Origin: an uncultured Erysipelotrichaceae bacterium | GTDB taxonomy: Bacteria; Bacillota_I; Bacilli_A; Erysipelotrichales; Erysipelotrichaceae | NCBI GenBank assembly: GCA_942492995.1 | Contig: OW818653.1 | Span: 90,001-122,000, forward strand | Reading direction: 5' to 3' | DNA length: 32,000 nucleotides | Part shown: piece after piece, positions 1 to 9,164 of the stretch | Layout: every line of letters begins with the position of its first letter | How positions within the stretch are numbered: position 1 is the stretch's first letter | Notes under the pieces: generated by a model | Seen by the model: the letters and a program-made list of their open reading frames with translations, nothing else | Database searches by the model: none | Told to the model about the DNA's origin: nothing | Program-made: the position numbers and the translations under genes

Positions 1-1539
1 GCATGTGCTACGAAATCAGATTTACAACGTACAGAATTAAACAAAGATAAAACAGGTGTATTTACCGGTGCTTACGCAATTAATCCTGTAAACAATAAGA
101 AAGTTCCAATATGGATTGCGGATTATGTCTTAGCAAGTTATGGGACAGGCGCAATTATGGCAGTCCCTGCACATGATGAACGTGACTATGAATTTGCCAA
201 GAAATTTAATCTAGACATTATTCCAGTTCTAGAAGGCGGAGATGTTAGCGTTGAGGCATTTACAGGTGATGGTCAACACATTAACAGTGATTTCTTAAAT
301 GGATTAAATAAAGAAGATGGATTAAAGACCATGAACGCATGGTTGGTTGAACATCAATGTGGAGAAGCGAAAGTTACGTATAAACTACGTGATTGGTTAT
401 TCTCACGTCAACGTTATTGGGGCGAACCAATTCCTATCGTATTGATGGAAGATGGCACTAAACGTACCGTTGATATCAGTGAATTACCATTAGAACTACC
501 TGTAGTCGATAACTACAAACCTTCCACAACAGGCGAAAGCCCATTATCCAACGCAGGTTCTTGGTTGGATGTTGAGATTGATGGAATGAAAGGTAAACGT
601 GAAACTAACACGATGCCTCAATGGGCAGGAAGTTGTTGGTACTACTTACGTTATTTAGATCCAAAGAATACTGAAGCTATCGCAGCTCCAGAATTACTTG
701 AACACTGGTTACCCGTTGATTTATACGTCGGTGGCGCTGAACATGCCGTATTGCATTTACTCTATGCACGATTCTGGCATAAGGTATTGTATGATATTGG
801 CGCAGTTCCAACAAAAGAACCATTCGCAAAACTATTCCACCAAGGCATGATTCTCGGTGAAAATGGCGAGAAGATGAGTAAATCACGTGGGAATGTTATT
901 AATCCTGATGATATTCTTGTATCGCATGGTGCAGATTCACTTCGTATCTATGAAATGTTTATGGGACCTCTAGAAGCAGCTCTTCCTTGGTCAAACAACG
1001 GACTTGATGGAACACGCAAATGGTTAGATCGTGTAATCAGATTATTTACTGAAGTTGGTAAATTCAGTGATGAAAATAATCACCAATTGGATAAAGTATT
1101 CCATTACACCGTTAAGAAAGTAACCAATGATATTACGACTTTAAACTTTAATACTGCAGTATCTCAAATGATGATTTTCATTAATGAATGTTACAAAGCA
1201 GAGACAATCTATCGTCCATACGCATTAGGATTCATCCAAATGTTCGCAACATTTGCGCCACATACGGGTGAAGAATTATGGACTGAGATGACAGGAAAAG
1301 AGGGGATTAGTTTTGAACCTTGGCCAAGTTATGATGAGAAGTTCTTAATTGAAGATGAAGTAGAACTTGTTATCCAGGTTAATGGTAAGATTCGTTCTAA
1401 ACTCGTTGTACCATTCAATGCTAAACAAGAAGACATTCAAGATAAAGCATTTGAATTAATTCAAGCTCAACTTGAAGGTAAAACAGTACGTAAAGTAATT
1501 TATGTACCAAATAAATTATTGAATGTTGTTGTAGGATAA
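1..1539 (+). CDS. leuS: Leucine--tRNA ligase, 3' part (5' end lies upstream of the window)
   Basis: Frame 1 is open from nt 1 ([23 protein letters not shown]...), so the ORF-track Met at 157 is internal. KMSKS loop ([10 protein letters not shown]) and LeuRS-type C-terminal domain are present. TAA at 1537-1539. Confidence 0.95.
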   Translation, partial: ACATKSDLQRTELNKDKTGVFTGAYAINPVNNKKVPIWIADYVLASYGTGAIMAVPAHDERDYEFAKKFNLDIIPVLEGGDVSVEAFTGDGQHINSDFLNGLNKEDGLKTMNAWLVEHQCGEAKVTYKLRDWLFSRQRYWGEPIPIVLMEDGTKRTVDISELPLELPVVDNYKPSTTGESPLSNAGSWLDVEIDGMKGKRETNTMPQWAGSCWYYLRYLDPKNTEAIAAPELLEHWLPVDLYVGGAEHAVLHLLYARFWHKVLYDIGAVPTKEPFAKLFHQGMILGENGEKMSKSRGNVINPDDILVSHGADSLRIYEMFMGPLEAALPWSNNGLDGTRKWLDRVIRLFTEVGKFSDENNHQLDKVFHYTVKKVTNDITTLNFNTAVSQMMIFINECYKAETIYRPYALGFIQMFATFAPHTGEELWTEMTGKEGISFEPWPSYDEKFLIEDEVELVIQVNGKIRSKLVVPFNAKQEDIQDKAFELIQAQLEGKTVRKVIYVPNKLLNVVVG

Positions 1540-1543
1540 ACAT

Positions 1544-1569
1544 AAGACGAACCAATCGGTTCGTCTTTT
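1544..1569 (+). terminator. Rho-independent terminator of leuS
   Basis: AAGACGAACC-aatc-GGTTCGTCTT, a 10-bp stem followed by a T run, 5 nt after the stop codon. Confidence 0.8.
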
Positions 1570-1625
1570 AAATGGAGTGATAAAGATTTAAATACTTACT
1601 TTAAAATAATTTTATATTTTAATCT

Positions 1626-1664
1626 ATTTACTACAGGTAAATTAGAAAAAAACCTGTAGTAAAT
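1626..1664. repeat. Hairpin unit 1 of a twin palindrome (ATTTACTACAGGT-N13-ACCTGTAGTAAAT)
   Basis: Perfect 13-bp inverted repeat with a 13-nt loop, read directly from the sequence. Confidence 0.85.
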
Positions 1665-1678
1665 CAATTAAATCAAAA

Positions 1679-1717
1679 ATTTACTCTAGGTAAATATGCG
1701 ATTAACCTAGAGTAAAT
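1679..1717. repeat. Hairpin unit 2 of the twin palindrome (ATTTACTCTAGGT-N13-ACCTAGAGTAAAT); possible terminator of the minus-strand gene
   Basis: Perfect 13-bp inverted repeat with a 13-nt loop. It matches unit 1 except for 2 nt in each arm, and those changes are mutually compensatory. On the minus strand it is followed by TTTTGATT and lies 13 nt past the stop codon at 1730. Confidence 0.8.
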
Positions 1718-1729
1718 ACTCGTTTATTG

Positions 1730-2545
1730 TTACTTGTTATAAAGCGTAAAGAAATAAATCGTTGGATCACTTAACCAACGTGCTCTTAAATCAGATACAC
1801 CAATTCCATTTGATACAAACATTTGACTCTTATCCGTCTTATAAATACCTCTTACATACTTACCTTTAGCTTCACTAAACAATGAACCATATAAAGGTAG
1901 ATTAACTTGTCCACCATGTGTCTTAGCTGTAAGAAATAATTCTATATCCATATCCTTCCAATCACTGTAAATCGCTGGATCATAACTTAAGACAATATTA
2001 TATTTAGCTTGATCAATCGAAGATATTACATCATTGGATTGAGATGTTAAACCAATTAATTGAATCGAATCAATCGTCTTGTTGTGTAAATCAATTACTT
2101 CATTCTCTATAATTTCGATATTACTTTGTGCGTATATCGCTCGTACTGTTTCTTCTTTTTCAAAATCGAGTTCAGACATTACCGCAAACTTACCTAGTGG
2201 CGCTTCTAATGTGTTTAACCAATCAATCATCTTAAGTACTTGATCGTCGTTTAATGACATATTATCCAACAAATCTCCACCAATGAAGATAAAGTCAGGC
2301 TTTAGTTCATTAACGCGTGTAAATACTTCTTCATAATATGTTTCGTTTAAGGTATAAGCATGTATATCAGATAGATAAACGAATGTTAAACCATCCATAC
2401 TTGATGGAATAGATTTGTTTATAATTTCAGTTTTTTGAACAGTAAGACGTGTTAATGCGCCAGTTGTACTATCAATATAAATAATATAGATACTTAATAG
2501 AGATAAGATGAATAATAAGATTAATGAGCGGATTAAGTTTTTCAT
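1730..2545 (-). CDS. Membrane-anchored metallophosphoesterase (calcineurin-like, YkuE/YaeI type)
   Basis: N-terminal TM helix followed by metallophosphoesterase motifs LSDIHA (DxH), GGDLLD (GDxxD) and THGGQVNLP. Confidence 0.8.
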   Translation of the reverse strand: MKNLIRSLILLFILSLLSIYIIYIDSTTGALTRLTVQKTEIINKSIPSSMDGLTFVYLSDIHAYTLNETYYEEVFTRVNELKPDFIFIGGDLLDNMSLNDDQVLKMIDWLNTLEAPLGKFAVMSELDFEKEETVRAIYAQSNIEIIENEVIDLHNKTIDSIQLIGLTSQSNDVISSIDQAKYNIVLSYDPAIYSDWKDMDIELFLTAKTHGGQVNLPLYGSLFSEAKGKYVRGIYKTDKSQMFVSNGIGVSDLRARWLSDPTIYFFTLYNK

Positions 2546-2552
2546 ATGTACT

Positions 2553-2558
2553 ATTATA
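2553..2558 (-). promoter_or_regulatory. -10 box TATAAT placed 7 nt upstream of the ATG at 2545 (leaderless candidate)
   Basis: The minus strand reads TATAAT-agtacat-ATG with no SD-like purine run. The -35 (TTATTA) is weak. Confidence 0.45.
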
Positions 2559-2605
2559 CTAAATTTAAGCTAATATAATAATGAAGACTTAACAAGAGGT
2601 GAACT

Positions 2606-3286
2606 ATGAGACGAATATTCGCATCCTTATTAATCGCTGTTGGGATATTAATTATCCTAAGTAATCTAAATATCATTTCCGTAGAAAGTTTAATGAAATA
2701 TTTATGGCCAAGTTTACTTATCTTAATTGGATTATATAACTTGGTACGTGATCGTAGAATTCAAATATTCTCTGTTTTATTAATTGGAATAGGGACAATC
2801 TATTTATTAAATGAATTAGATATCATCGTTGTGACATTTAGACAAATTATGATGTACTTCTGGCCAGTACTTTTAATCCTTATTGGGTTTAATTTATTAT
2901 TCAGTCGTCCAAGAAAAATTAGACCGATTGAACCATCAAGTAAACCAAGACATACTTCCAATCAAAGAGAGTATAATGCGTTCTTGAATTCAGTCAATGA
3001 ACAAGTTAATAATACAAGTTTTGAATACAGTTCGATTAATTCTGTCATGGCATCTGCAGAAATTGATTTTAGTGCAGTAGAGTTTAAGAATGATAGTGCA
3101 TCCATTGAAATTAACAGTGTATTCTCAAGTGTCTTAGTTAAACTACCAAGTGGTGTTCGGATTAACTTATCAGGTTCTCCTATATTAGGGGATATTACAG
3201 ATAAATCAATGGGAGATCCAAATAGTAGTAAAACATTGAATGTTAATTTTACTTGTATCTTAGGAAATATTGAAATTATCCAATAA
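2606..3286 (+). CDS. Polytopic membrane protein with LiaF-like C-terminal domain (cell-wall-active-antibiotic response family)
   Basis: Four N-terminal hydrophobic helices and a beta-rich C-terminal domain resembling LiaF/DUF2154 (assignment from memory). SD AGAGGTGA lies 5 nt before the ATG. Confidence 0.55.
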   Translation: MRRIFASLLIAVGILIILSNLNIISVESLMKYLWPSLLILIGLYNLVRDRRIQIFSVLLIGIGTIYLLNELDIIVVTFRQIMMYFWPVLLILIGFNLLFSRPRKIRPIEPSSKPRHTSNQREYNAFLNSVNEQVNNTSFEYSSINSVMASAEIDFSAVEFKNDSASIEINSVFSSVLVKLPSGVRINLSGSPILGDITDKSMGDPNSSKTLNVNFTCILGNIEIIQ

Positions 3287-3287
3287 A

Positions 3288-3309
3288 AAATAGTGCTTTC
3301 GCACTATTT
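3288..3309. terminator. Bidirectional terminator shared by the convergent LiaF-like gene and rnj
   Basis: AAATAGTGC-tttc-GCACTATTT, a 9-bp stem flanked by an A run upstream and T-rich sequence downstream. It overlaps the rnj stop codon. Confidence 0.65.
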
Positions 3310-5040
3310 AGATTTATTCTGTAGAGCAGCCATGGCTGCTTTTTGATTTAAGATAACAGGAATAACTAATGGGTTACGACTTGTCTTTTGGAATAAGAAT
3401 GGTTCAAGAGATGCACGAATGGTATTTTTTAATTCACCAAACGTAGTCTTCTGTAACATTTTTTTCTTTAGAGCTTCATAAACGACCATTTCAGCTTCTT
3501 TTAAGAGAGTTTGAGATTCTTTTAGGAATACGAATCCTCTTGAAACAATATTTGGACGAACGAGAATCTTATTATATCGAGAATCGATGGTCACAATAAC
3601 ACTCACCATTCCATTATCCGCAAGAATTGTACGATCTTTAATAACGGATGTTGATAATCCTGACGCATCATTGCCATCAACATAGATATCATCACTTTGA
3701 ATACGTGTATCTGATAGGAAGACTTCTTCATCGCGAAGTACTACCGCATCTCCGTTTGCACAAATAAAGATATTTTCTTTAGGAATACCAGTTTCCATGC
3801 CTGTTTTGGAATGTACCTTTAACATCTTGTACTCACCATGAACTGGCATAAAATATTTAGGTTTAATCAACTGTAACATTAGCTTCTGTTCTTCTTGAGA
3901 CGCATGTCCTGTTGTGTGTAAAGAGTTAAGCAATGAATTCGTTAATACGTTTGCGCCAGCACGGGTTAAACGATTTACAACACCTGAAACACTTTGTGCA
4001 TTACCTGGAATTGGACTACTTGAGAAGACTACTGTATCACCAGGAATAATCTTGATGAAACGATGTGTACCATTCGCAATACGTGATAGTGCAGCTAATG
4101 GTTCACCTTGCGATCCAGTCGCAAGTATTAATACTTTATTTGCAGGGATCGTATTTAACATGTTTGGTTCAATAAAGTGTTCATCACCATATGGGATATG
4201 ACCATGTTTACGACCAACCACAACTACGTTTTCCATTGATCTACCAAATACACAAACTTTACGCCCTGTATCAACAGCTGCCTCTATAATCTGACGTACA
4301 CGATATACGTTAGATGCGAAGGTTGCCATAATTAAACGACCTTGTGTTTTACGTGCTATATCTAAAAGTGCTTGCGCAACTTTCTTTTCGCTAATTGAGA
4401 AACCACTTACGGAAGAGTTCGTAGAATCACTCATTAAGAGTGTTACACCAATCTGTCCAATGTAAGCCATTTTCTGATAATCCGCATTCGCTCCAACAGG
4501 TGTTAAGTCAAACTTAAAGTCACCCGTATGGACTATTCTTCCATTTGGAGTATTAATCAATACCCCTAATGCATCTGGAATTGAATGGGTTGTGTTATAA
4601 AAACCAACTCTAAAGTGTTCAGTTTCTACTTTAGAATTCTCATTAATAATTTCAATCTTAGGTAATTCACGCATTCTACGTTCTTCAAGTTTACGATTGA
4701 TTAGTGCAGCCGCAAAGCTTGGTGCATAAATATGCGGGATCTTAATTGCTTTAAGTAAAAAGGGAATACCACCAATGTGATCTTCATGACCATGGGTAAT
4801 AATTAACGCTTTTACTTTATGTTGATTTCTTACAAGATAACTGTAATCTGGGATAACATAATCAACCCCTAAAAGACTTTCCTCAGGAAAACGTACGCCT
4901 GCATCAATAATGATTATTTCTTCTTGATGTTCGTAACAATACATATTCTTTCCAACCTCACCTAAACCACCTAAGGCATAGACAAGGGTGTCTGTATTCC
5001 GATTATAGGTCTTTTGATCAATATTTACTTCTTTTTCCAT
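3304..5040 (-). CDS. rnj: Ribonuclease J (metallo-beta-lactamase/beta-CASP)
   Basis: HGHEDHIGG motif and the GGLGEVGKN N-terminus typical of RNase J1/J2. The ORF-track Met at 5088 has no SD. AAGGAG-tatt-ATG at 5040 (MEKEVNIDQ...) is the likely start. Confidence 0.9.
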   Translation of the reverse strand: MEKEVNIDQKTYNRNTDTLVYALGGLGEVGKNMYCYEHQEEIIIIDAGVRFPEESLLGVDYVIPDYSYLVRNQHKVKALIITHGHEDHIGGIPFLLKAIKIPHIYAPSFAAALINRKLEERRMRELPKIEIINENSKVETEHFRVGFYNTTHSIPDALGVLINTPNGRIVHTGDFKFDLTPVGANADYQKMAYIGQIGVTLLMSDSTNSSVSGFSISEKKVAQALLDIARKTQGRLIMATFASNVYRVRQIIEAAVDTGRKVCVFGRSMENVVVVGRKHGHIPYGDEHFIEPNMLNTIPANKVLILATGSQGEPLAALSRIANGTHRFIKIIPGDTVVFSSSPIPGNAQSVSGVVNRLTRAGANVLTNSLLNSLHTTGHASQEEQKLMLQLIKPKYFMPVHGEYKMLKVHSKTGMETGIPKENIFICANGDAVVLRDEEVFLSDTRIQSDDIYVDGNDASGLSTSVIKDRTILADNGMVSVIVTIDSRYNKILVRPNIVSRGFVFLKESQTLLKEAEMVVYEALKKKMLQKTTFGELKNTIRASLEPFLFQKTSRNPLVIPVILNQKAAMAALQNKSK

Positions 5041-5048
5041 AATACTCC

Positions 5049-5612
5049 TTATGATTCGATAATCATTGTATTTTCTTCTATTTTCCATGGATCGGATAAA
5101 TTAATATGGTCATAGAATAAAACACCATTTAAATGATCGATTTCATGTTGTAAAACAACGGCTAAATAACCAGTTGCCCTAAATTCTACTTCTTGATTAC
5201 TCAATATATCAAATGCACGTACTTTTATACGAGCACTACGATGTACAAGACCTTGATGTTCTATTTCTACGGATAAACAACCTTCTCCAAGTGACAAGGC
5301 TGATTTCTGTACAGAATGAGAGATTATTTTAGGATTAGCTAGGCAATATTCAATAAAATCACCATCTTCATCATCCACTACAACCACAATAATATGAACA
5401 TTCACACCCACTTGAGGTGCAGCTAAACCAACAGCTGGTTTAAGATCATATTTCTCTGCTTTTTCATCATCTCTAGAGTCCTTAACATAGCGCAACATAC
5501 GTTTCGCTAATGTTATGTATTTTTTTTGTAAAGGCAATTTTAAAACTTCCGATTTTTGTCTAAGATTTGGATCACTATCCTTAACAATAGACGTATAAGT
5601 TATTCGATTCAT
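5049..5612 (-). CDS. def: Peptide deformylase
   Basis: Motifs GLAAPQVG, EGCLS and QHEIDHLNG. The likely start is MNRITYTSIVKD at 5612 (AGAGGA upstream) rather than the ORF-track Met at 5636. Its TAA stop (5049-5051) lies inside the rnj SD. Confidence 0.9.
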   Translation of the reverse strand: MNRITYTSIVKDSDPNLRQKSEVLKLPLQKKYITLAKRMLRYVKDSRDDEKAEKYDLKPAVGLAAPQVGVNVHIIVVVVDDEDGDFIEYCLANPKIISHSVQKSALSLGEGCLSVEIEHQGLVHRSARIKVRAFDILSNQEVEFRATGYLAVVLQHEIDHLNGVLFYDHINLSDPWKIEENTMIIES

Positions 5613-5686
5613 ATATCCTCTATATTCCCACATCAAAAAGGTTCTAACTGCCCTCGATGATATGTCACAATCTTAAGTACAGACAC

Positions 5687-5692
5687 ATTATA
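5687..5692 (-). promoter_or_regulatory. Candidate -10 (TATAAT) for the def-rnj operon
   Basis: The minus strand reads gcTATAATg, with a TATACA -35-like hexamer 17 nt upstream. This implies a leader of about 70 nt. Confidence 0.35.
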
Positions 5693-5822
5693 GCTAATTC
5701 ATTCCTTATTGTATAGTAAAATGAACTCACTTGTTAAAAAAACCTAAAAGTAAACGATTACATTTATGATTCGATATTTGTAAAAAGAATTTTAAGACAG
5801 AAGTCTAATTCATCTGATAATT

Positions 5823-5831
5823 TGATACAAT
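5823..5831 (+). promoter_or_regulatory. Extended -10 (TGaTACAAT) 7 nt upstream of the ATG at 5839 (leaderless candidate)
   Basis: TGATACAAT-aaaagcg-ATG with no SD in the gap. A second overlapping TGaTAATTT lies at 5815-5823. Confidence 0.45.
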
Positions 5832-5838
5832 AAAAGCG

Positions 5839-7014
5839 ATGAAAAAGTTCAAATTTAGTTTGCGATTACCTAAAGGTAGAAACATACAAATACAAATAGC
5901 GATGGTCTTTTTATGTATCATTGGTTTAATGATGATTGTGTCTGCCTCTATGACAACGAATATCTCGACACAATCACTGATGAACACTGCAGTTAAACAA
6001 ATTGGATTTATTGTGGTGGGGTATATCGGTTATCTAGGATTTGCCCGTTATTTTAGTTTAGATTTCTTTAAACGATATATCGTAGTATTTGCGTTTGGGA
6101 TGATTGGACTTCTATTAGTTCCTTTAGTATTTGACCCTGTTAATGGGGCATATGCTTGGATTCCTATCGGAGATATGAGTATTCAACCAAGTGAATTTGC
6201 GAAGTTGGGTTTAATAATCTTGTTTGCGGTTTATTTAGGTGATATTCGTGTTCGTAAAGCAGATTGGAAAGATATTATACGTTTTCCAATGTTCTATTTC
6301 TTAGTCACTTTCTTAATTATATTAGTCTTCCAAAAGGATTTGGGTACTGCAATTGTCTTATTCGTAATCGCATTGTTTGAATTTATGATGGCAGGGCATA
6401 AGAGTCTAGCGAAAATTCAACTTGGTTTAGTTATTTGTATTATTCTAGGATCGATATTGGTGCTTGTCGTATTATCTCCAGCAGGTGTTAATTTTATTAG
6501 GAATGCCTTAAATTTACCAGAATACATGATAGCGCGTTTCGAAAATACGATTAACCCTTTTATAAATAAGTATGGAAGTGGTTATCAATTAGTAAATGGT
6601 TTGGTTGCGTTTGTGAAGGGGAATTGGTCGGGTGTTGGTTATGGAAAGAGTTTACAGAAATATGGTTATTTACCTGCCGCGAAGACTGATTTCATCTTAG
6701 CGGTTATTGCGGAAGAGTTTGGGTTTATTGGCGTAGCAATTGTGGTAGGTTTGTATTTTGTGTTAATTTATCAATTATTTAAAAATGCTTTACAATCAAA
6801 AGATGAAAAATCACGAATGATTTTAGTCGGTGTAGGGATGTATTTATTTAGTCACTTTGTCTTAAATATAGGTGGTGTTACAGCGCTTATTCCACTAACG
6901 GGAGTACCATTGTTAATGTTGTCATCGGGAGGTTCTAGTACCTTATCGATCATGTTTTCATTGGGTATCGCACAAGCCATTATAATTCGTCAAAAGAAAG
7001 AAGAGTCTATATGA
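5839..7014 (+). CDS. SEDS-family peptidoglycan polymerase (FtsW/RodA/SpoVE family)
   Basis: About 10 TM helices and family signatures PAAKTDFILAVIAEEFGFIG and IPLTGVPLLMLSSGGSS. Confidence 0.85.
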   Translation: MKKFKFSLRLPKGRNIQIQIAMVFLCIIGLMMIVSASMTTNISTQSLMNTAVKQIGFIVVGYIGYLGFARYFSLDFFKRYIVVFAFGMIGLLLVPLVFDPVNGAYAWIPIGDMSIQPSEFAKLGLIILFAVYLGDIRVRKADWKDIIRFPMFYFLVTFLIILVFQKDLGTAIVLFVIALFEFMMAGHKSLAKIQLGLVICIILGSILVLVVLSPAGVNFIRNALNLPEYMIARFENTINPFINKYGSGYQLVNGLVAFVKGNWSGVGYGKSLQKYGYLPAAKTDFILAVIAEEFGFIGVAIVVGLYFVLIYQLFKNALQSKDEKSRMILVGVGMYLFSHFVLNIGGVTALIPLTGVPLLMLSSGGSSTLSIMFSLGIAQAIIIRQKKEESI

Positions 7015-7556
7015 GAATCATTGCAGGAACAAGACGTTCACGTATTATAAATAGTTTACCAGGTGAGAATACACGTCCAACCTTGGATGTGGTAAAAGAA
7101 GCGTGTTTCGCTAAAATTGGTCCGTGGATTCATGATAAGAATGTATTAGATCTATTTGCCGGTAGTGGAAATATTGGTTTAGAAGCACTATCTCGTGGAG
7201 CTAAATCAGTAAGTTTCGTCGATGGATCAAGTCCTGCTTGTAATATTATTAAAGAGAACATCAAATCTTTGGATTTTACGAATCAATCAACTGTTTATCG
7301 TATGGATTGTTTCCAAGCATGTCGATTTCTTAAGAACAAAAACATTATATTTGATTTAGTGTATTTAGATCCACCCTATCAAAAACTTGATTTAAATAAA
7401 ATATTATCGGCTCTTATTCCAATTACTTCAGTTGATTCGGTCATCATCTATGAATGTTTAAAAGATGATAACGTTGAGATTCATGAGCCTTATAGCCTTG
7501 ATAAAACAAGTAGCTATGGTAGAATTGCCTTATACTTCATTCGGAGGACTGTATGA
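7011..7556 (+). CDS. rsmD: 16S rRNA (guanine966-N2)-methyltransferase
   Basis: SAM-binding LDLFAGSGNIGLEALSRGA and the DPPY motif (VYLDPPYQK). ATGA overlap with the upstream gene. Confidence 0.85.
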   Translation: MRIIAGTRRSRIINSLPGENTRPTLDVVKEACFAKIGPWIHDKNVLDLFAGSGNIGLEALSRGAKSVSFVDGSSPACNIIKENIKSLDFTNQSTVYRMDCFQACRFLKNKNIIFDLVYLDPPYQKLDLNKILSALIPITSVDSVIIYECLKDDNVEIHEPYSLDKTSSYGRIALYFIRRTV

Positions 7557-8032
7557 AAAAAGCGATATATCCTGGAACATTCGATCCTATCACATTAGGT
7601 CATTTAGATATTATTAAACGTGCAAGTACACTTGTCGATCAATTAGAAGTTGTGATTATGCGTAATCCCAATAAATCGAATTCAGATTTCACCGTAGAAG
7701 AGCGTTTGGATATGATTTCAGCTGTTATTCAAGAATTCAGTAATGTGACAGTTAGTGCACAAACTGGATTAACCGTTGATTATGCGAAAGTGTCTGGCGC
7801 AAATATCCTTATTCGAGGTATTAGAGCTGTAATGGATTATGAGTATGAACTTCAACAAGCTACCGCAAACATGGTAATGGCTCCTAATATTGAGACTGTA
7901 TTCTTATTAACACGCCCTCAATACTCGTTCTTATCTTCATCTGTCGTTAAACAAATCGCATTGAACAAAGGTGATTTATCACCGTTTGTACCTGCAAAAG
8001 TTAAACCATTGATTGAGAATAAGTATAAATAG
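7553..8032 (+). CDS. coaD: Phosphopantetheine adenylyltransferase
   Basis: GTFDPITLGHLDII nucleotidyltransferase motif, 159 aa, ATGA overlap with rsmD. rsmD-coaD adjacency is conserved in Bacillota. Confidence 0.95.
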   Translation: MKKAIYPGTFDPITLGHLDIIKRASTLVDQLEVVIMRNPNKSNSDFTVEERLDMISAVIQEFSNVTVSAQTGLTVDYAKVSGANILIRGIRAVMDYEYELQQATANMVMAPNIETVFLLTRPQYSFLSSSVVKQIALNKGDLSPFVPAKVKPLIENKYK

Positions 8033-8087
8033 TCATTATTAATCACTATAATAATTTTGTGTAAAGTTAGAATTTAGAATAACTAGT

Positions 8088-8130
8088 AAAATCTGTCTTT
8101 AAATTATACAATTTAAAAGACAGATTTTTT
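8088..8130 (+). terminator. Rho-independent terminator of the ftsW-family/rsmD/coaD operon
   Basis: AAAATCTGTCTTTAAA ... TTTAAAAGACAGATTTT long stem (one bulge) ending in a T6 run. Confidence 0.8.
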
Positions 8131-8404
8131 ATTTGAATCTGTTTTCATTCTGTTTATAGATTACTTTATTTTACGCATAATAAAGCTATAAATATGTTGT
8201 ACATTTAATCAAGGATTGGAACAGCATATACAAATAACTATTTAGGTGTTTAGGATATGACTCGGCAAACTGTTGATTGAGTGGAGAATTATTTTAGTAA
8301 TAGGAGTAATTTTGAAGTTAATTTATTCAAATTCAAAACGATCTGACTTAAGCTATTACGATAAAGACTATTGATTATATATTGTTGCAAACTAAGGAGT
8401 AACT

Positions 8405-8995
8405 ATGACTTTAAAGAATAAAATGACCAATGAAGTTTACTTTATTGATTTGTTTGAAAAATGGTGGCATTATCCTTTACTGGGATTAACTTGGTTTTTG
8501 CCTCATAAGGCATATAAAATAAGTGTGAAAAATAACAGTAAGCCAAATAAGTTTAAATTTAGCATAGGCATGGGTATAGCAATGATATTAGGGTTTATCA
8601 TTAATGATGTTTTGCAAAAAGTTAACTTTATTAGATTATCATCAGAATATTATTGGGTAGGAAGAGTTTTTGCTTTCTTTCTGTTAATAATTTCGTTGGT
8701 TCTATTTTGGAAATATATGAAACATCAAGTAGAGAAAGGAAAAGGAGTTAATTTTGAAAAAAGTTATAATATACAACTAAAAATTTTCTCTTTTAATACA
8801 ATAAGAAAAAGTGCCTTTCGAATATTAATGAGTATTATTTCCATTAATTTGTTAGCTACATCTATAGAATACAATCTTTATGGTATGTTATTAACGATGT
8901 TTCTTTCAATTATAGTAACATTATCATCTACAATAATTCTATGTACCGAAGTAGAGATTATTTCGATAGATGGTAATAAACTAATAACAAAGTAG
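8405..8995 (+). CDS. Hypothetical small polytopic (about 5 TM) membrane protein; possibly DUF443 / 'tandem five-TM' family
   Basis: AAGGAG-N6-ATG. 196 aa with about five hydrophobic helices. The N-terminal pattern VYFIDL..W....L.WFLPHKAYKIS resembles what I recall of DUF443/TIGR01218 (unverified). AT-richer than the flanking genes. Confidence 0.7.
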   Translation: MTLKNKMTNEVYFIDLFEKWWHYPLLGLTWFLPHKAYKISVKNNSKPNKFKFSIGMGIAMILGFIINDVLQKVNFIRLSSEYYWVGRVFAFFLLIISLVLFWKYMKHQVEKGKGVNFEKSYNIQLKIFSFNTIRKSAFRILMSIISINLLATSIEYNLYGMLLTMFLSIIVTLSSTIILCTEVEIISIDGNKLITK

Positions 8996-9059
8996 TAACT
9001 AATACATAAAATAATCTAAATCATATTTGTTATAAAAAGTGATATTTAATATTCGCAAA

Positions 9060-9087
9060 TTGTATTGAGATTATTAATCTGTATACT
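9060..9087 (+). promoter_or_regulatory. Candidate sigma-A promoter for the 9165 ORF (TTGTAT-N16-TATACT)
   Basis: The hexamers were read directly from the sequence. The background is AT-rich, so this call is only moderately specific. Confidence 0.35.
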
Positions 9088-9164
9088 CAAAGTTACACAA
9101 ATTTTATGAAGCATCTAAAGTGTGGTCAGGAAACTATATTGGAAAATTAAGGAGGAATTAGTTT

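Noticed and set aside
5041-5088. N-terminal extensions suggested by the ORF track for rnj (5088), def (5636), gmk (20788), rpmB (30774), the UPF0104 gene (17268), clpB (14662) and prkC (26720).
   Set aside because: The upstream Met or Val codons lack SDs or run through promoters, terminators or neighbouring genes. Downstream in-frame starts have good SDs, or a -10 box at leaderless distance, and they match the expected family N-termini.
8273-8374. 33-codon ORF (LIEWRIILVIGVILKLIYSNSKRSDLSYYDKDY) upstream of the islet membrane gene. Its hydrophobic helix plus charged tail is reminiscent of type I toxin peptides.
   Set aside because: It has no in-frame ATG or GTG (only TTG/CTG/ATT) and no SD-like sequence within 20 nt upstream. 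I could see no associated antisense promoter/terminator pair. It may be chance or a decayed remnant, and is worth a glance only if Ribo-seq data exist.
9106-9150. 14-codon uORF (MKHLKCGQETILEN) whose TAA overlaps the SD of the 9165 ORF.
   Set aside because: It has no SD of its own and its composition is unremarkable. In AT-rich leaders such short ORFs are expected by chance.
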